The notes under the pieces were generated by a model. That model was not told the DNA's origin, did no database searches, and saw only the letters and a list, made by a program, of their open reading frames with translations. From positions 7,266,372-7,330,371 of the forward strand of contig CAJINV010000003.1 in assembly GCA_905178155.1 (NCBI GenBank): DNA of 64,000 bases, written 5' to 3'. Positions within the stretch are counted from its first letter, which is position 1; each line of letters starts with the position of its first letter. Positions 32,996-47,305 of the stretch are shown piece by piece. Source of the stretch: Amoebophrya sp. A120 (Eukaryota; Protista; Dinoflagellata). The translations under genes were made by a program, and so were the position numbers.

Positions 32996-34277
32996 GATGA
33001 TGATTCAGATTGTTGTCAGTTACAGCTTCTCTATGTATAATAGGAATACAGCTCACTGCATAATATCCGACAACTCTGCTCGTCCATAAAAGTTGCAGAT
33101 GATTTGCAGAGGTTTCTGGAGGCCGTGGTCGGCAGCAAATGCACAGCCACTTAATTATATGCCGAGAATTTTTGTATGTTAGTTTGCACCATTGTACTGT
33201 ATTTCTAAAAGGTACATACAAAATCGCTCAAGGCCAGGTGTGACGACGTCGATGCGATAAAACAACTCCACAATGCTCTACGATTTTTTTCGAAAAAGAG
33301 CCAGTTGCATCTGATTTCACTCAGTATTGAAAGAAATCGCAGCCGAAGCAGTATCACGTTGCTGCAGAAATCGCTCCTACGAGGCAAGAGACACAAAACC
33401 GAACGAGAAATCAGGGGCCGAAAGGCGTTTTTGCCAGCGGCCTCGTGATCCTGATTCGCTGTTACCTATTTCAGTTATGTATGACGCCGTAAATGTGAAT
33501 GTGAAAGCATTGCATTCTTGAACATGCCAACTTTCACTGCTTTTTGCACCCAACTGCAGCAGCCAGGTCTACCGTGGCTTTGATTCAGAACACTGCAGCA
33601 AAGCACGAACAAAATCAACTCCTTTCGACCCCCATCAACCCTTAAAAGCGATTGATGCGCTTAGTCCACCTCAAGGTCCTCTGGCACTTTTTCATAGCTT
33701 CCTCAAGCGGCACTTTCGATGTTGCAAAGGTACTTATCCATAGAAAAGAGCGCGGCGCCTCTTGCTGGCCAACATGTGTTCTCTGTCTGTGATATTCATA
33801 TTAATTTGTGAAGGCAAATAAAGCAGCTTGGCGATTTATAGAAAAATTGCGGTGTAACACATATGAATGAAGAAAAAAAGCAACAGGCTTGGTGTAGAAC
33901 AAAAGAGATCAGTGTAGTTGCTGCAAAGGGCACCAGATGCCGATGATGCTGAAGGAGATTCACTACAAGCAGAGGCAGCATGCACCATCTACGCCTACCA
34001 AAAACTCGATATTTATACGCTGGATGGGAGTAGATGTGGAGACCCTCCCTTCGATTCATCTACTGAGTATCGCATTCACAGGCGCGCGCAGGTTCACCCA
34101 ACGAGGTGACCACAACGAACGGAGCCCGCCGGCCTGATGAAACTAGCGAGATTCGAAAGGATACGCGAGACCACGCCACGCAGGCACCTGTAGGTACGAC
34201 GGGCAGGATCCTTTCTGCGTTGCCGGTGCTCGCCCTTTCCTTGCCTTTCCTCTCTTCGAGACAGAATGTCTCCGCAA

Positions 34278-37200
34278 TTACAGCTCGTCATCCGATGAAG
34301 AAAGCGCACGGCTAACGGGGTCGTCACCTACTCCTGGTGGCAGCAAAGTGGTGAGCTTACTTCGCAGCCCTAGGCTCAGGTCCAGGCAAGTTTTGCTCTT
34401 GCAATGCCGCAACAAGTCCGTGATCGGCTCAACGTATACTCTTGTGAGCAAAAGCTCCCTGCTAACGTCGAGAATTCTGCGCACCCACGACCGCCACAGA
34501 TCCCGCTCAGACACCTATGTTGAAGTTAGTTGATGAAGATGATGAAGATGTCTCAACAATTTTTTATATTGCGATAATTTTGCGAGAGATCATGAAAATC
34601 TAAACGTGGTATCCTCTCATACAAAATCACAAACACGAACAACGTAGAGAAGAAGAACACTACTACGTTCGGCTTCGGTGACCTCAGCCTCACTACATAT
34701 AACGGGGGAACTCGCAGCTGCTACACGCAAAAAAAAGTCAGTGGCCGATTCTGGTACCTGGACCTTTCTTCTGTCTCTGCTCCAAAGTAGGTACTGTCGG
34801 GAAGCAGGAGAGGTTTCGCCGCCGATAAACTGGAGTTCGATCTCGAGGACCTTCGCCGGCATATGTGCCAGAAGCGTTGCTTGTTGACCAGCCTCGTCCC
34901 CTTGTGTCAGCGCGGTCATGACCGCTTTCCAGGCGTCGCGATCTTCGTCCGCTGTCGTCACAGATGAGGTCATCGAAGTATCCCCATGGGCATCGCTCTC
35001 CTGATCCGTTGTGCTGGTGCGGATCCGAAGCGCCAGCCAGCCGCCTGCGTCTGCGCGCGTGACCACTTCCATGCCAAACTGTTCCTGAAACCGACGGCTT
35101 TGCCCTTCTTCTGAACTGACCGCGGTTGTAGCACGTTCGTCGCTGTCGTGGAGCAGAAAGTCATGCACCGCAGGGTCTACTCCCGGCCAAAACTGGGCAG
35201 AGAATATCTCTAGCAAGGTTCCGCGCTTAGTAGAGCCGCGAGCACGCGAGACCGTGCCAGTAGGTGTTCGACCCGCAGCTCCTGCGGGCGCGGCACCAGA
35301 AGCTGGTTGACTAAGGGGATCGCCTGATTGGACCGGTTCGTGGAACCAAGCCTCCCCTGCTTTGACAGAGCCGAATAGCAAGACGTCGGCGGTGAAGCTC
35401 GCAGGTGCTCGATGCAGACCATATGTTGCAACTACAGTGTCGCTGTCCTCTCTCGACTCCAGAGGATTCCTTGCCGCGCGCTGGCCCGAAGGCGAAGGTC
35501 TTCCATCGCTTGTTCGTGTTCTCTCAAAGGGTAGCAGCCACAGCAATTTTTCCCGTTCATGGTGCGGCAACAGATCTGAATCTTCTATGTCTGTGCGGCC
35601 GCCGTGGTCCCCTCTTTGGACGCTTGATGTACTACCGGAGTATAGTCGAACGCCAGGCGCCAGACTGGTCCAATTTTGTGCAGTCAGCTTCAGGTCGAAG
35701 CTTGTGGGTGGCGAGGAAAGAACATCTTCACCTGTATGACATTGATTTACAAACCTGTGGTGAAGGAAGCTTCGACCAGACACATATTTCTCATTGCGAA
35801 GGCTCAGATGAAAAAAAAAAGTTGATGTGTATGATCACCAGGTGCAGTATAATAATCAGAGACACTTCTAATTCAATTGATATTTATAGTATTGATATCA
35901 ATCGTAGCTTGCATTGCCTCGCTGTCGCTTATTTTCCTAGAGAATTACAATTTCGAGTTCCTGTGAAAGCAATGAAAAAGATGAATATATCAAATGCTTG
36001 TCATGCTCCTGCTTGCAAAGACATATAAAGAGTACCAGTGGCGGTAGAAAACGGGCTGAACGGTACTAGAACACGGCCTTGTATTAGTGCTAGCTGTGGC
36101 ATGGAGCTCGTCTGGGTCAGCACCGTATCCCGCAAGCACATGGCTTCGCGGTCGAACCCTTGCCCCAGAACGGCCTCGTAGTTCTTCGATAGAGCAAAAG
36201 AAGCGCTTCTACTAGCTGTAGCGGCAGTAGCGACTATGTGGCTTGTTGAGCGAAGTGCCAGTGACGCCTCTGTGGCGCTTCGCAGCGATGGTCTGAAAGA
36301 ACCTGAATTGGTTTCGTCTTCTCCATTTGCAGCTTCTCCCAAGTTTTTACCGCCACCAGTGCTAGTCGGAGCTTCTTCGTCGCGCCGCGACGCTGCATCC
36401 TCATCTGGAGACTGTGCTGCTCCTCTGCCAAGCGCTGAAGCTGGAGCAGACGGGACCGGGACGGGGGACGAAGCGGAGGTTGCAAAACTTTGCATCGTTT
36501 TCGGCCCGCCGCCGGCCCCAGCACTAGCATGCTGGCCATTCGGATTCGCCGAAGAGGATACGGGGACACTCCCTCCAACAACGGTGTTTTGCTGCAGCGC
36601 AGCCATAATGCGGGGACTGCCCAGGATGGGATTTATGCTAGCAGGGTCAATAGGCGGCTGATTTGAGGACGCGGATGCACCAGCTGCGCCACTACCGCCA
36701 GAAGACGAGCCACCAGCTGTGACAGAGCTGCTCCCGAGAGGGCTAGCAGCCGGTGCCCGACCCGTAGGTGGAGGCTCCACAATCAGCGTAGACTTTTGCT
36801 GCACGAAGAGATCCCCATTGTGCACATTGTTTGTTGATGTACCTGCCCCTGTTGGGTTGGAAGAGGGTGCAACTACGCCTCCGACGGTTGTAGACCCTGG
36901 TGCCGTGGGGCCGCCTTGAGGTTGCTGTTGACCGTGTTGTTCCAAACCTCCATTAAAACTGATGGTCGTGCCTGCTCCAACAACTGCGCCGGCACTGCCA
37001 GCGGCCTGATGCTGTGCTGGGTTTACATTATGGCTGTACAATGTGGTCCCTGGGGAGAGGTTCTTCGGAGTGATGTAGATACCGCCTCGGCTATCAACAT
37101 GAATTCCGTTGGAGTGGTACGAACGCTCACGTTCGCGGTGTAAATCGTAGTAGAACTCCTCTTGTTCCCACGACGTGCCGCCGCTCCGCGAGGACGTGCC

Positions 37201-37704
37201 TCCCCTCGTCGTACTGACCGAACGGTAGCTCGTACTAGCAGTGTGCGAAGCAGTCCCACCGTTGCCGTTTCCCCCCGTGCTCCCTGTGCTCCCGCCGCCA
37301 CCTAGGTTGCTGCTTTTCAAACCAGCAGTAGAAGAAGTTCCACTGTAGAAGGAGCCACCAGTGTGCTGGTCCGTGTAGGCGTCCGCTGAAAAGCTACTGC
37401 CCAAACCGGTCGCTGCAACCACGGGCTGGGGGCAAGCTGCACCCCCTACACTTACCGCATACAGAGATACAACCAACGAGGCCAAGGACAAGCCGAGGTT
37501 GACAAGAATCAGGAATGACAGGCAGATCAGCGCGTTCGTGAAGTCTCGCTGCTGTCGCGCAGCAGACTTTGAAGTCTGCAGCGCCGCCGCTGCAGCGGCG
37601 CCATTGCTTGGATCGACACCGGGGCCCGCAGCCCATTGCTGCTGATACTTGTTCTGGTGTTGCAAACTCGAGAAGCTACGTGCCGGAGAATACATGCGGG
37701 TCAT
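34278..37704 (-). CDS. Hypothetical protein with a single N-terminal transmembrane segment and long G/S/A-rich region, about 3 exons
   Basis: 567-aa ORF with hydrophobic ALICLSFLILVNLGLSLASLVVSLYAVSVG. It joins via a GT-AG intron (catacag acceptor, exon from 35731) to the 388-aa ORF, then probably to 34514-34278. Confidence 0.6.
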
Positions 37705-37831
37705 AGTCCTGTTCCGCCCAGATGATAGAGGAATGTGGACGTCCCGAAACCGATGACCTTAGCAGCCGCAAACCAAGTAGGCTAGCGGTCGTACGTCGAG
37801 AGCAAAACTATAACAAGAGAGTGTCTTATTT

Positions 37832-37864
37832 CCGTCGGCGCGGAACCTGGGTTCCTACCGACGG
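37832..37864. repeat. GC-rich stem-loop about 130 nt upstream of the 37704 start
   Basis: ccgtcgg-cgc-ggaac-ctgg-gttcc-ta-ccgacgg. Confidence 0.5.
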
Positions 37865-38959
37865 GTTGGGTTCACCTTCTGCTGCACGCCTCGACGTCTA
37901 ACAATTGAACATAGTTGGCGGCAACGAACAAGGAGGATTCATCAATCTACATTTTCATTTCGGACTTGATCATGATACTGATTACACCTGTGGTGCAAAG
38001 AATATCAATCTTCTTCTTTCCAAATGAACTGTCAAGAATATCAATCTACTGTGCCGGGTTCGAGAAAAAGAGGCTTACCCAAGGGGGGGAACGAGCGGGT
38101 GCTTTTCACTGGAACTGGGCGTCTCGTCAGCAACAAGAGTTTATACTTTCAACAGCAGTGTTATTGAAGACTCGACGATACTAGTACAATTAAAGGTGGC
38201 AAGCGATGTTTCTGGCAGCACCAGCAGCTACTATCAACACAAAAAAAAAAGGAAAAGGTGCTTAGCTCGCCTTGAAATAAATGAATGGCTCGTCTGTCGC
38301 TCTCCCGTAGGCTTTTGATATGGGCGCTTGGAGCTGCCTTGAGCTTGCTGACCGATTTTTTTTTACACCGTCCTCAAGTCTTTTTCTCTCTGGATGTGCT
38401 TCGTCCTCGCTGGCCTGATCTTTCCAGCGATAGGAGCACACTAGGCGAGCATAAAAGAAAGTAACACTCCCTCTGGTGCACGTGCAGTTGAAGTTGTAGC
38501 ATTGGTGGCATTTCTACTTTTTGCCTTACGTTCTGACTTACAGTCTTTCACTTTACAGGCGCACGTTGTTGTCTTCAAAGTTCCGTCTCATTGATCTTTT
38601 TGCCTCACCGATTACAACGTACATTATTGCTGTTCTTGCCTTGCGTTTCTTACACCAACCCGTCTGCGTTAATGCCGTGCGAAACACTTGCACTCACCTA
38701 ATTGCAGGCACTGAAGATGCTTTTGCTACAGAAAGCACAGGGCGGTCCCCCGCCAGACAAAGACAGCACATTTGATTTTCCACGGCCGCGGCTCATCCGT
38801 GTCCGCATCATTTGGTTCTGCTTTTCGTTTTCGGTGTGCATTGAAGATACTTACTACGAGGTCAGCATCATGTTCTTCTCGTCATCCGTTAGAGCTGCAG
38901 CTACAATACAACAAGCGGGTACATCTTTTTTTGAACATGTTAAATAATGTAAATCAGAT

Positions 38960-41900
38960 TTACAACACCTCCTCCAAGATACGTGCATAAAGTACATCGT
39001 AGCTTTGCATTTTGGGAATGCTTATGATGGACCACGACCAGCCCGAGGTGTACGACCTGACCAACAAGGGGTGGCCAATAAAATGGTCCCCTGGTGAATG
39101 TTTGCTCGTGCACGACGAGCGAAAAGACAAAACTATCACCAATTCTGATTGAGGTCGTCTTTGATAGTTGCTGCTCCTCGCAGCGCCTTGAAGATGTCAC
39201 CGTATACGACAGATGATCTTCACCTCACTTATCAAAGGCGGCGTAGAGCTCGAGGGAAGTTGAAAATATCATTGACGAAAGAGTGTTTCACGAAGATAAA
39301 AGTGCAGCATGCACAGTAGCGCAATACAGAGCAGACCATGATTATGTCATGCAACCATAACACGTGTTGCGCCTTACTAGCTTCGCCGTCTTCCTTCCTA
39401 ACCTTGATATACCTACGCATCTGGTTAGGAAAATGAAAAAGATAGAATCCACATCCAGAAACGCTCACTAGGACGAGCGATCTGGATCTGGCATATAGCG
39501 TTACAAGAATCTTCAGTTTGTTCACTTCACGTAGTACAACGCACATTATGGAAACGATGTGAAGCGATGTAGTACTACCAGCCAACTTTTTGTAAATTTT
39601 CTTTCTTCAAAAACTCTATTGTCTTTTTCTTGCGCAACTTGCAGCTGCTGTTAGTAGACTTGTCTTTTAGATTTAGTGGAATTGGGACTTTGGCTGTGTG
39701 TGACAACAGCTAAGACGACAGAGCCATTTTGGGAATTCACTACACTGATACAATTTCTTCGTCCAAAGCGGCCCGCGCGTTGCTGCTCTAGAAAGACCAC
39801 GGAGGAGCCGGTCCTTACGTGGCAGAAAAGGTGAAGCCCCCAGGTGCGCCGATAGTCGGCATGTTTGCCGGCGTCTGCAGTTGCACGCCAGAAAAGCTCG
39901 TGCTTCCGCTGCCGCCACTGGAAACCGAGGACCGATGACCGCTGCCGCCAGTCGGCGCCGCGCTAGAGGGTGGCGGCGGTATGCCCAATCCAGCTCCCAA
40001 GCTTGGAACGTTCAATTGCACTCCTGCACGAAGCTGCACGTATTTATTTTTGCATAGGGATGATACGCAGACAAAAGGAGAAACTGTGGCACCATCAACA
40101 GAGCAATCATAGTAAGGCAGTGACAGATTTCTCCGCAAGATCTAGCAGTTTTCCAGATCGTCCAAGTTGCCGAACAAATGTAATTCAGAAGTTAATTCAC
40201 TGAAAGTCTAAAAAATCTCTGGTCGTGTAACTGGAATCGCAAAAAATAAAAGTCTTCTACCACTCCATTATTCTTGGGTAGTGCCCGCAGCAGGCCTCCC
40301 TTCTGGTTAAGATACACCTTGTATGATAGTGGACAACTCCCCCGCCCGAGGGTTTGAACTTGAAGGGCATGAGCAGCGCCGGAACAAGCACACGGACGCC
40401 CTCTGAAGATGACACTAAAGTTTGTTGTATTCACAAAGATTTGTGAGTACTTATAGTGCTAGTCGGGCTTCCGAAACTGGTGGTCATGCACATGGACATG
40501 AAGAAGCAGGACACGAGTTGGCATTTTGCATCGGAAATGACAAAGAGGGAATGTTGAAGTTGTCCACCATCATACTTCCAGCTCCTGGACCATATCGGCG
40601 TTGTATCCCCGGTGAGGCATGATGGGGAAGCCCGACTCTATGTCCACCGTGTCATGGTCCGGCGGGTGTGCAAAATAATGCTCGAACGCCTGCTTGAGTA
40701 AATTGACGGGGGACTCCTGGTGACTCGCCTGCAAGCTCCGAAGAAACTCACCCTTGTCGCAAGGCCGAATTACCGCGTTAAAGGTAGACCCAATATCGAC
40801 GATGTAAAGGTTGCCTAATTGATATTTTCATAACATATTTGTTCAATTTGTTCATTGAGGAAATAAAACCACAACCAAAAAAATCACAAACGCCAGCGAT
40901 GGGGGACAAATGACGCTGCACCGGAGCAGGGTACCATAGCACAAAAATGAATGAAAGAATATCGCGCGACCTTCACCTTGTCTATTGATTAGGATGTTAT
41001 CGGCTTTTCCGTCACCCATTTTCCGCCTGTGCCGCAGGTAGAAGCGGTGGAATAGACGCGGTATTTGAAACCCGATTAGGTTCTTCATGTGCCCCATCAC
41101 CTCCTGCTGTACTTCCCCAGGAGCTTTATCGAAGGCTGATACCAGGTCCCGTATGTTGATGCAGTTTTCCACAAAATTTAAGACGACGATATCATAGTAC
41201 TTCGGCGCTGTATTTTGATTTTTTCGTGATGCATACTATTTTCATCTTCGCTCGCAATCTCATTTCGCGAAGCACATGAATTGGAAGTTGGCGTGTTGCC
41301 TTGCTGATGAAGATACTGATACATCACGTTGGCGCTCATCCACAGTCGTGACAACATTGACGGCCGGACGTGTTGCGCACCAGAAAAGCAAAATTCAAAG
41401 CAATGAGTTGACATGGCGACCTATTTATACCCAATGGATCCACAACCTTCTGCTCTCCCCGACTATTTCTTCCTGCTCTCTTCGAGTTAATACCAGAAAA
41501 ATTGCAAGCCAAGAAAGCAAAAACGCAAGCAAGCGTCGCAAGCGTCTCAGAAAAAGGATAAGCTGCATCTAAATCTATCTGCTATGAGAGAGAAATATAA
41601 TACGAAGAGCACACTCATGCAAGCTTCTGGGACACGTCTGTCAAGACTGGTGACTAGTTCCCTCTGTAATAATGACAAAACGCGCTCGCTGGTGGACGCA
41701 GAATAGACGCATTTCCATTCGTAGTGCGCGCGATGGCCGAGCCGGAACCTTACGTTAGCATTAGCTTGTGACGATGCGACGTGCCGTTTTTGGCCTGGGC
41801 AACCGTGTTGATTTTGCGAGGATAGAGCTACTGCTTGTGCTCGAATTCGTCTGCTCGATAACTCCGCGATAGGAGGCGATTGGGAAGCAGACATTTGCGT

Positions 41901-44900
41901 CGCTCGGCAGCTCAGGGCAGCACAGGCGAAGATATTCTGTCTCTACCGCTTCGCCTTGTGAGGCGCCGGGCATCTCCTGTCGCACGGCGATTACTTTCAC
42001 CAAGAGTTTCCCCTGGGCTCCCATTCCGGTCATAATAAACTCGTGGTTCAGCCCGCCACCCGCAAACTTCTTGATATCCTGCGTACTGATGGACGACGAG
42101 GAGGAGCCTCCTCCACCACCTGCATATTGTGATAAAATTATCTTTCTCCTGATCTCACGGGATTCCGATTGCGCCCTCACACGGGACCGCTCGTCCCTCT
42201 TTTCAAAAGATGAGATGAACATGAACAGATGAAGTACTACACAAGAACTCCCGGAAGAGCGTGGATGAGCATTTTTCTCCTGGTGGGACCTGTTATACCT
42301 GTACCTCAATACATCATGTTTCTTCGTAGCTTTAGATTTAGTCGACAAACGGACGCCAAGGCAATCAAAATCATCGTAAAACCATTTTTGGTACTGCTTC
42401 TGCCGGTGCGCTGGAAGATTTTGTCGAGTGTTTCCTGAGGAAAGACCTCTCTGAGCTCCTGCGCAAAGTCGGTGAAGTCGCGCCGCAGGGGGCGGTTGAT
42501 TGCAACTCTCTTGACGCGATCGATGATCGCCTGGTCCACAGTCTCGATGCGTCCCAAGTTTTGGTTGTTGATCCACCCGTCTAGCGTGTTCAGGTTGGGC
42601 CCTCGTGCCGAGTTAATGATCATTGGGATGCTACTATCGGAGGAGCCCGCGCTTGAGGCTCCCGAGCCATGCACCCGCTCTCCGGGCCCGCCGGACGTGC
42701 CACCGCCAACGAGATCCAGTGCACCGGTGAGGGACGCCCCATTTAGACTGAGGCCGTTAGGCATGCTCAAGCCGGGGAGGTTGAAAATGGACTTCTCTGG
42801 CATTGCACTGGCCACGCTGGCAGGAGCCTGTGGAGGGACCGTCACACCACTGGCGCCGGCTGCTGCGCCCGCGGAAGACGAGGACGCAGGCGTTGCTTGA
42901 TCATACGAAGCGTAGCTTGAGGAGCTCGCAGGGAGCTGATCTCCTGGCAACGGTAGACTTGACGATGAGTAGAAGTTCTGCTGCGCGAAAGACGCTCCCG
43001 CGCCGGATGACGCTCTGCTTGCGTTTCCCCCGAAATGTTGTGGAACCTTTTTGATGTCACCAATCTTTAAAAAAAAAACTGATGGGATGAAACCTCAAAC
43101 ACAGTTAGGAACAACTACGAACAGACGCACTACATACTCGCGGAAGTTCTAGCTTTGTCTGCTATGGCCAATCTCAAGTTCAATAGGCTTATAGCTCAGG
43201 AAGAGACAAATACAAAGCTCTACTGCCACCTCTAGGTGAGCGTGAGGCCTTGTATCTAATCCTATGCTTTTTGCGCGAGGAGGTGGGCATGCCTACTGCA
43301 ACATACACCGCGGCCATTAACAGCATCTTCGCAACCAAGCTACTTTGGTTTGGATGTTGATTTAGATTTCGATCCATACGCAAAAAAAGGTAGAAAGATC
43401 TATACTCACAGTTACAGATGCTTCTTACTGAGCCAGAAGGGGCGACGACCACGCCAGCACCGGATGGTAGGATTGTCTGCTCGAATTCGGCTGGTGTCGA
43501 ACCTGCTGCTCCTCCGCCGTCTCCGCTGGTCGCAGCGCGCAGCTCTCGCCTGCGTTCTCGTTCACGCGCCGCGGCGGCCGAAGCGCTCGGGGAGCCCCCT
43601 TCCATCCCAATAGTTACATCCATGCCGGGAAACATGTTTGTCGTAGGGTGTCCAGGAAGCCTGAGAGATCAAAGAAGAGGTATCTTCCAAACAGGAGTGT
43701 AGATAATTCATTAGAAATGAGTCTCACTGTGAGCAAAAATAATCCGCGAGGAAGATGTCAGTGTACATATAAGCATAGCTCTAAACCATAACCAACTGCC
43801 GTGCTGAAGTTGATCGAGCATTACGCATCGTGCTGGCTCGTCCAGCTGTACGCAACATTGCCATCAAATATCAGATCTTTGCCTGTTTCAAAACTACCTG
43901 CGTCTCACAGGGAGGTGGGTCCAAGTGCGGTGACTACTGCAGCACGAAAAAAAAACACATGGAGGGCGAAGGATACATCACTATCACGACTCGGACTCGA
44001 CTGAGAGGAACAGGAACAACATCAAGAACTCAATTCGAATACAACTTCTGAGTGATAGATTTCCTTCATGATTACTCTTGCAGACCTTGTCTTTTGATTC
44101 TGATTCGAGTAGACATACGTGTCACCACAGCAACGATCCAGGTAAGATATTATGGTGAACTATCTCAAGGTGCACGAAAAAAGACCACGGACGCGACGGA
44201 TAGAATCCTTCGCCAGTGCGAAAAAATGGGATGAAGATGAACCCTACTATTAAATCATGCTATTTGTAGTAGCTCAACGGCGACGAGTTGTACAGCAAAC
44301 GCAAAATGAAAGCAGAACATATAGATAGGTACCTTGTATGCTCAACGCCTCCCAGCATGTTGGTTTCGAATCCAACAGCCTCATGCTCCTGGTCCGGTTT
44401 TGTCTGGAACGTGTTCACGGGCTCGGGAAGCCGGTCCATATAATCGCCGTACGTATCCGGATCGGCCCCCAGATCGACCATCAACCGATGAGGGGCTCGG
44501 ACTCCGGATCGGGAACTCGGAGGAGCGCTGTTGTTGACCACCAGACAGGACAATACATTCATAAAGCAGAACTGAGTTGTTGTACACGCAGCGCGAGCGA
44601 TGCCAGCGAGTGGCGTCTTTTTCATCTACACGTATCTATCAGAACCACTGCTGGAACCAAGAAGAGGACCACGTGGTCATATTTCAACATTGACAAAAAA
44701 ATTATTTATGTATGACGTTCACTGTCCCTCTGACACACACAAAGAACAACACAGATCAGTAGAAGGACGAGCACATCAAATGCCAAGTATTCAGCACTAG
44801 AAAATCCGTACGCCTCGCCCTCTGGCCTCTTCGTGATCTCGCGGGGCGGTCCCAGCGTGTAGTCCGGTGTCTTTTTGTTGCTGCTACCCCGTTTAGCCCC

Positions 44901-46266
44901 GTGGTTGGTGCCGGTACCAGTTCGGTACGTGGCGAGCGTGTCCGGCGATCCGCCGAACCTTACCGCTGCATTGGGCGAGCCCCGCTGCAAATGCGGACTG
45001 TATTGACTTGCGCTGCTGGTTGCAGACGAACCCTGATTGAAGATGATTTCAAATACAAATTCTTCTAAACAAGCTATAGCGACGTATCAGCACACGTAAT
45101 CCTCGTCTATCAGTAAAATACGGACGTCGAGTAATTAATTGTGTGATAAAAACTGTTCAAGCTGAAACCTTCCATGCCTAATTCAGAATTATGCGTTTGC
45201 GCGTGCCACTCGCACACATCCAAATTCACGCAAGTAAAACACTTTGCGTCCTTTTCGGTGGTGAATAACATTCTACAGCAGCGTATCCTGGACGACATGT
45301 ATACTTTCTTCATTTCAACTGGTGTACATCGAAAATGATTCCACCACGATGATGCATTTCTGTTGAACTCAGTACTTAAAAAACTACTTCATCAGGTATT
45401 GGTGTAGCAAGTTGTAGCTCTACGTACTTGCTTCATCGCAGGTAAAACATCCTTTATGACTGCTAAACACCGCAACCGCAAACACGATTATGTCCATCAT
45501 GTAGTCATACCATAGCTGAAGGCTGCAATGCTTGTGGCGCTGGGTTAAATGACGTTTTGTTATTCGTTGATGAAACCGACCCTCCTCCCGCGCTGAAGCC
45601 CATCAGCGGCGGAGCACCGCTTCCCGAAGCATTCACCATTGTCTTCGACGCGACCGCTGGGCTGTTGCTGCTCTTTATCGCGGATGAGGTAGTAAACAAG
45701 CCGGATCCGGCGCCTTGGTCGCCGGGAGAGGACGACGTGAAGGAACTCCGACCACCACCACCAGGCTGGCGCTGCGCTTGCAATATTGGCGACGTCAGCG
45801 AAGATGTGTGCGATGAGGCAGCGATGTTGCTCGTAGAAGTTGCACTTCCTTGGTGCTGGAGATACGAGATCGGAGATCCAGTCGACGACGCCGAGGGCGC
45901 TAGGATGTTGCCTCCTGGCTGAAGCTGCTGATGCGCGCCTCGCTGACTGCCTGCAGTCGAGGAGATGCTGGAAGTAGTTGTCGCTGCAGCAGGAGGCGGT
46001 GGCGACCCGAAGCCCGTGTAAACGCGGAGGTTATTGCTGTCGGGTCCGTGAAACCACGGCTGTAGCCGGAACTGGCCACTGGGCCCAGCGGGAGGTTGCT
46101 GCGGTTGTCGGTTCGTATTAGTACCACTGCTACTGTAGTAGGAACTGTTCATATGTTTTCCACGGCTCTCCTGCGGAGATGAAACGGGCGACGTCTGAAG
46201 GTGAAGGTATCTGCTCTTTTTTGTCACCTGTTCAACGCCGCTACCCGACGGCCCCGCGAGGCGCAT
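38960..46266 (-). CDS. Multi-exon protein with long S/G/P-rich N-terminus and an atypical protein-kinase-like domain; both ends uncertain
   Basis: Several exon joins are in frame (for example HTR/LPGHPTTNMFPG across 44330-43660). Kinase-order motifs: TGMGAQGKLLVK (~42000), YDIVVLNFVEN (~41180), KMGDGKADNILIN (40984-41022), GNLYIVDIG (~40800). Some junctions could not be resolved. Confidence 0.55.
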
Positions 46267-47305
46267 CTGGAGTTGGAGTTGGTACTGGTGCCCAGCACAG
46301 GGGCACTTGTACGTATGTTGACTTCCAAAGCCGAAGAACGCAATGGCGGGGAGCAGAAAATGCTTACGTCTAGCAAGAACGGCACCAACCTTCTCCGTCG
46401 TTCGCGTCGTCGGTGCCGAAAGTTGTAGTGGGCGGTTCTGTCCGTTACTAAAAGTGCGATCCTAATCGCAGCCGCCACTGTTGACGCATTTCCGGCTTAG
46501 CAACAAAGCGAGAACAAAAGCCTCGATCTCCTCGTGTTTTGTCACCATTTACACCGACCCAGGAGCGCTACACGCCTCATATTTTTCACTTGTCATTCAT
46601 CTTATGGGAGAATCTGAGAACCATTTGTTCACAGCTACGGCAACCTCAAGGACCTAATCACTACATACTTCCGACATGCTTATCCATGTCCAAACTACAA
46701 AATTTCTTTGTGACGATACTTGGTCCGCGACCAGAAAGTCCAACTTGCAGCACCCAGCTCAACATCTACTTCAACTTCATAGCCGCGAAACATACTATCT
46801 CGACGACGACGACGACAACGACAATGTCCAAAAATTTCGTCCTCTGTTTGCTCGAGTTTACTGCTGTGAAGGCAAAGAAATGATCATAAATAAACAAATT
46901 CGCTCATTCGATCATCTTGTTGCTTCGCCTCGGTCACAACGTCCGTTAGGAAGGATATCAATAACCACAAGATGCGGATGTAGTACATGCACATTTCAAC
47001 TCTAGCAGGAAAGATCTGCACCCGCTGCTGCTCTACAACCTTCGCATCAACGACCAATACTCACGAACATTGGATTTCCGCCCGCTTCCGCGATCAATGT
47101 CACCAGCATTATTGAATTATAACAGAGGTATCGTTTTCTGTTGGATGTCGCTCCTTGGCGATCGTCGTTTGATGGTTCGTCTGCTACTAGGTAGGAAAAG
47201 CCGTCCTCTGCTGGTGGTGGCGAGGGCGGCCACGCAGGGGCATGAAGTTTTTTGATGCATGAAAGCGTTGGCTTTGGGAAAAATAAAATAAATACAACTG
47301 CCAGA

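Noticed and set aside
33918-34315. Small plus-strand ORFs of 63-69 aa
   Set aside because: No motifs; they probably lie in the 3' UTR of the minus-strand gene.
39722-39732. 11-nt exact match to DinoSL (agccattttgg)
   Set aside because: Wrong strand and within an intron; plausible by chance in 64 kb.
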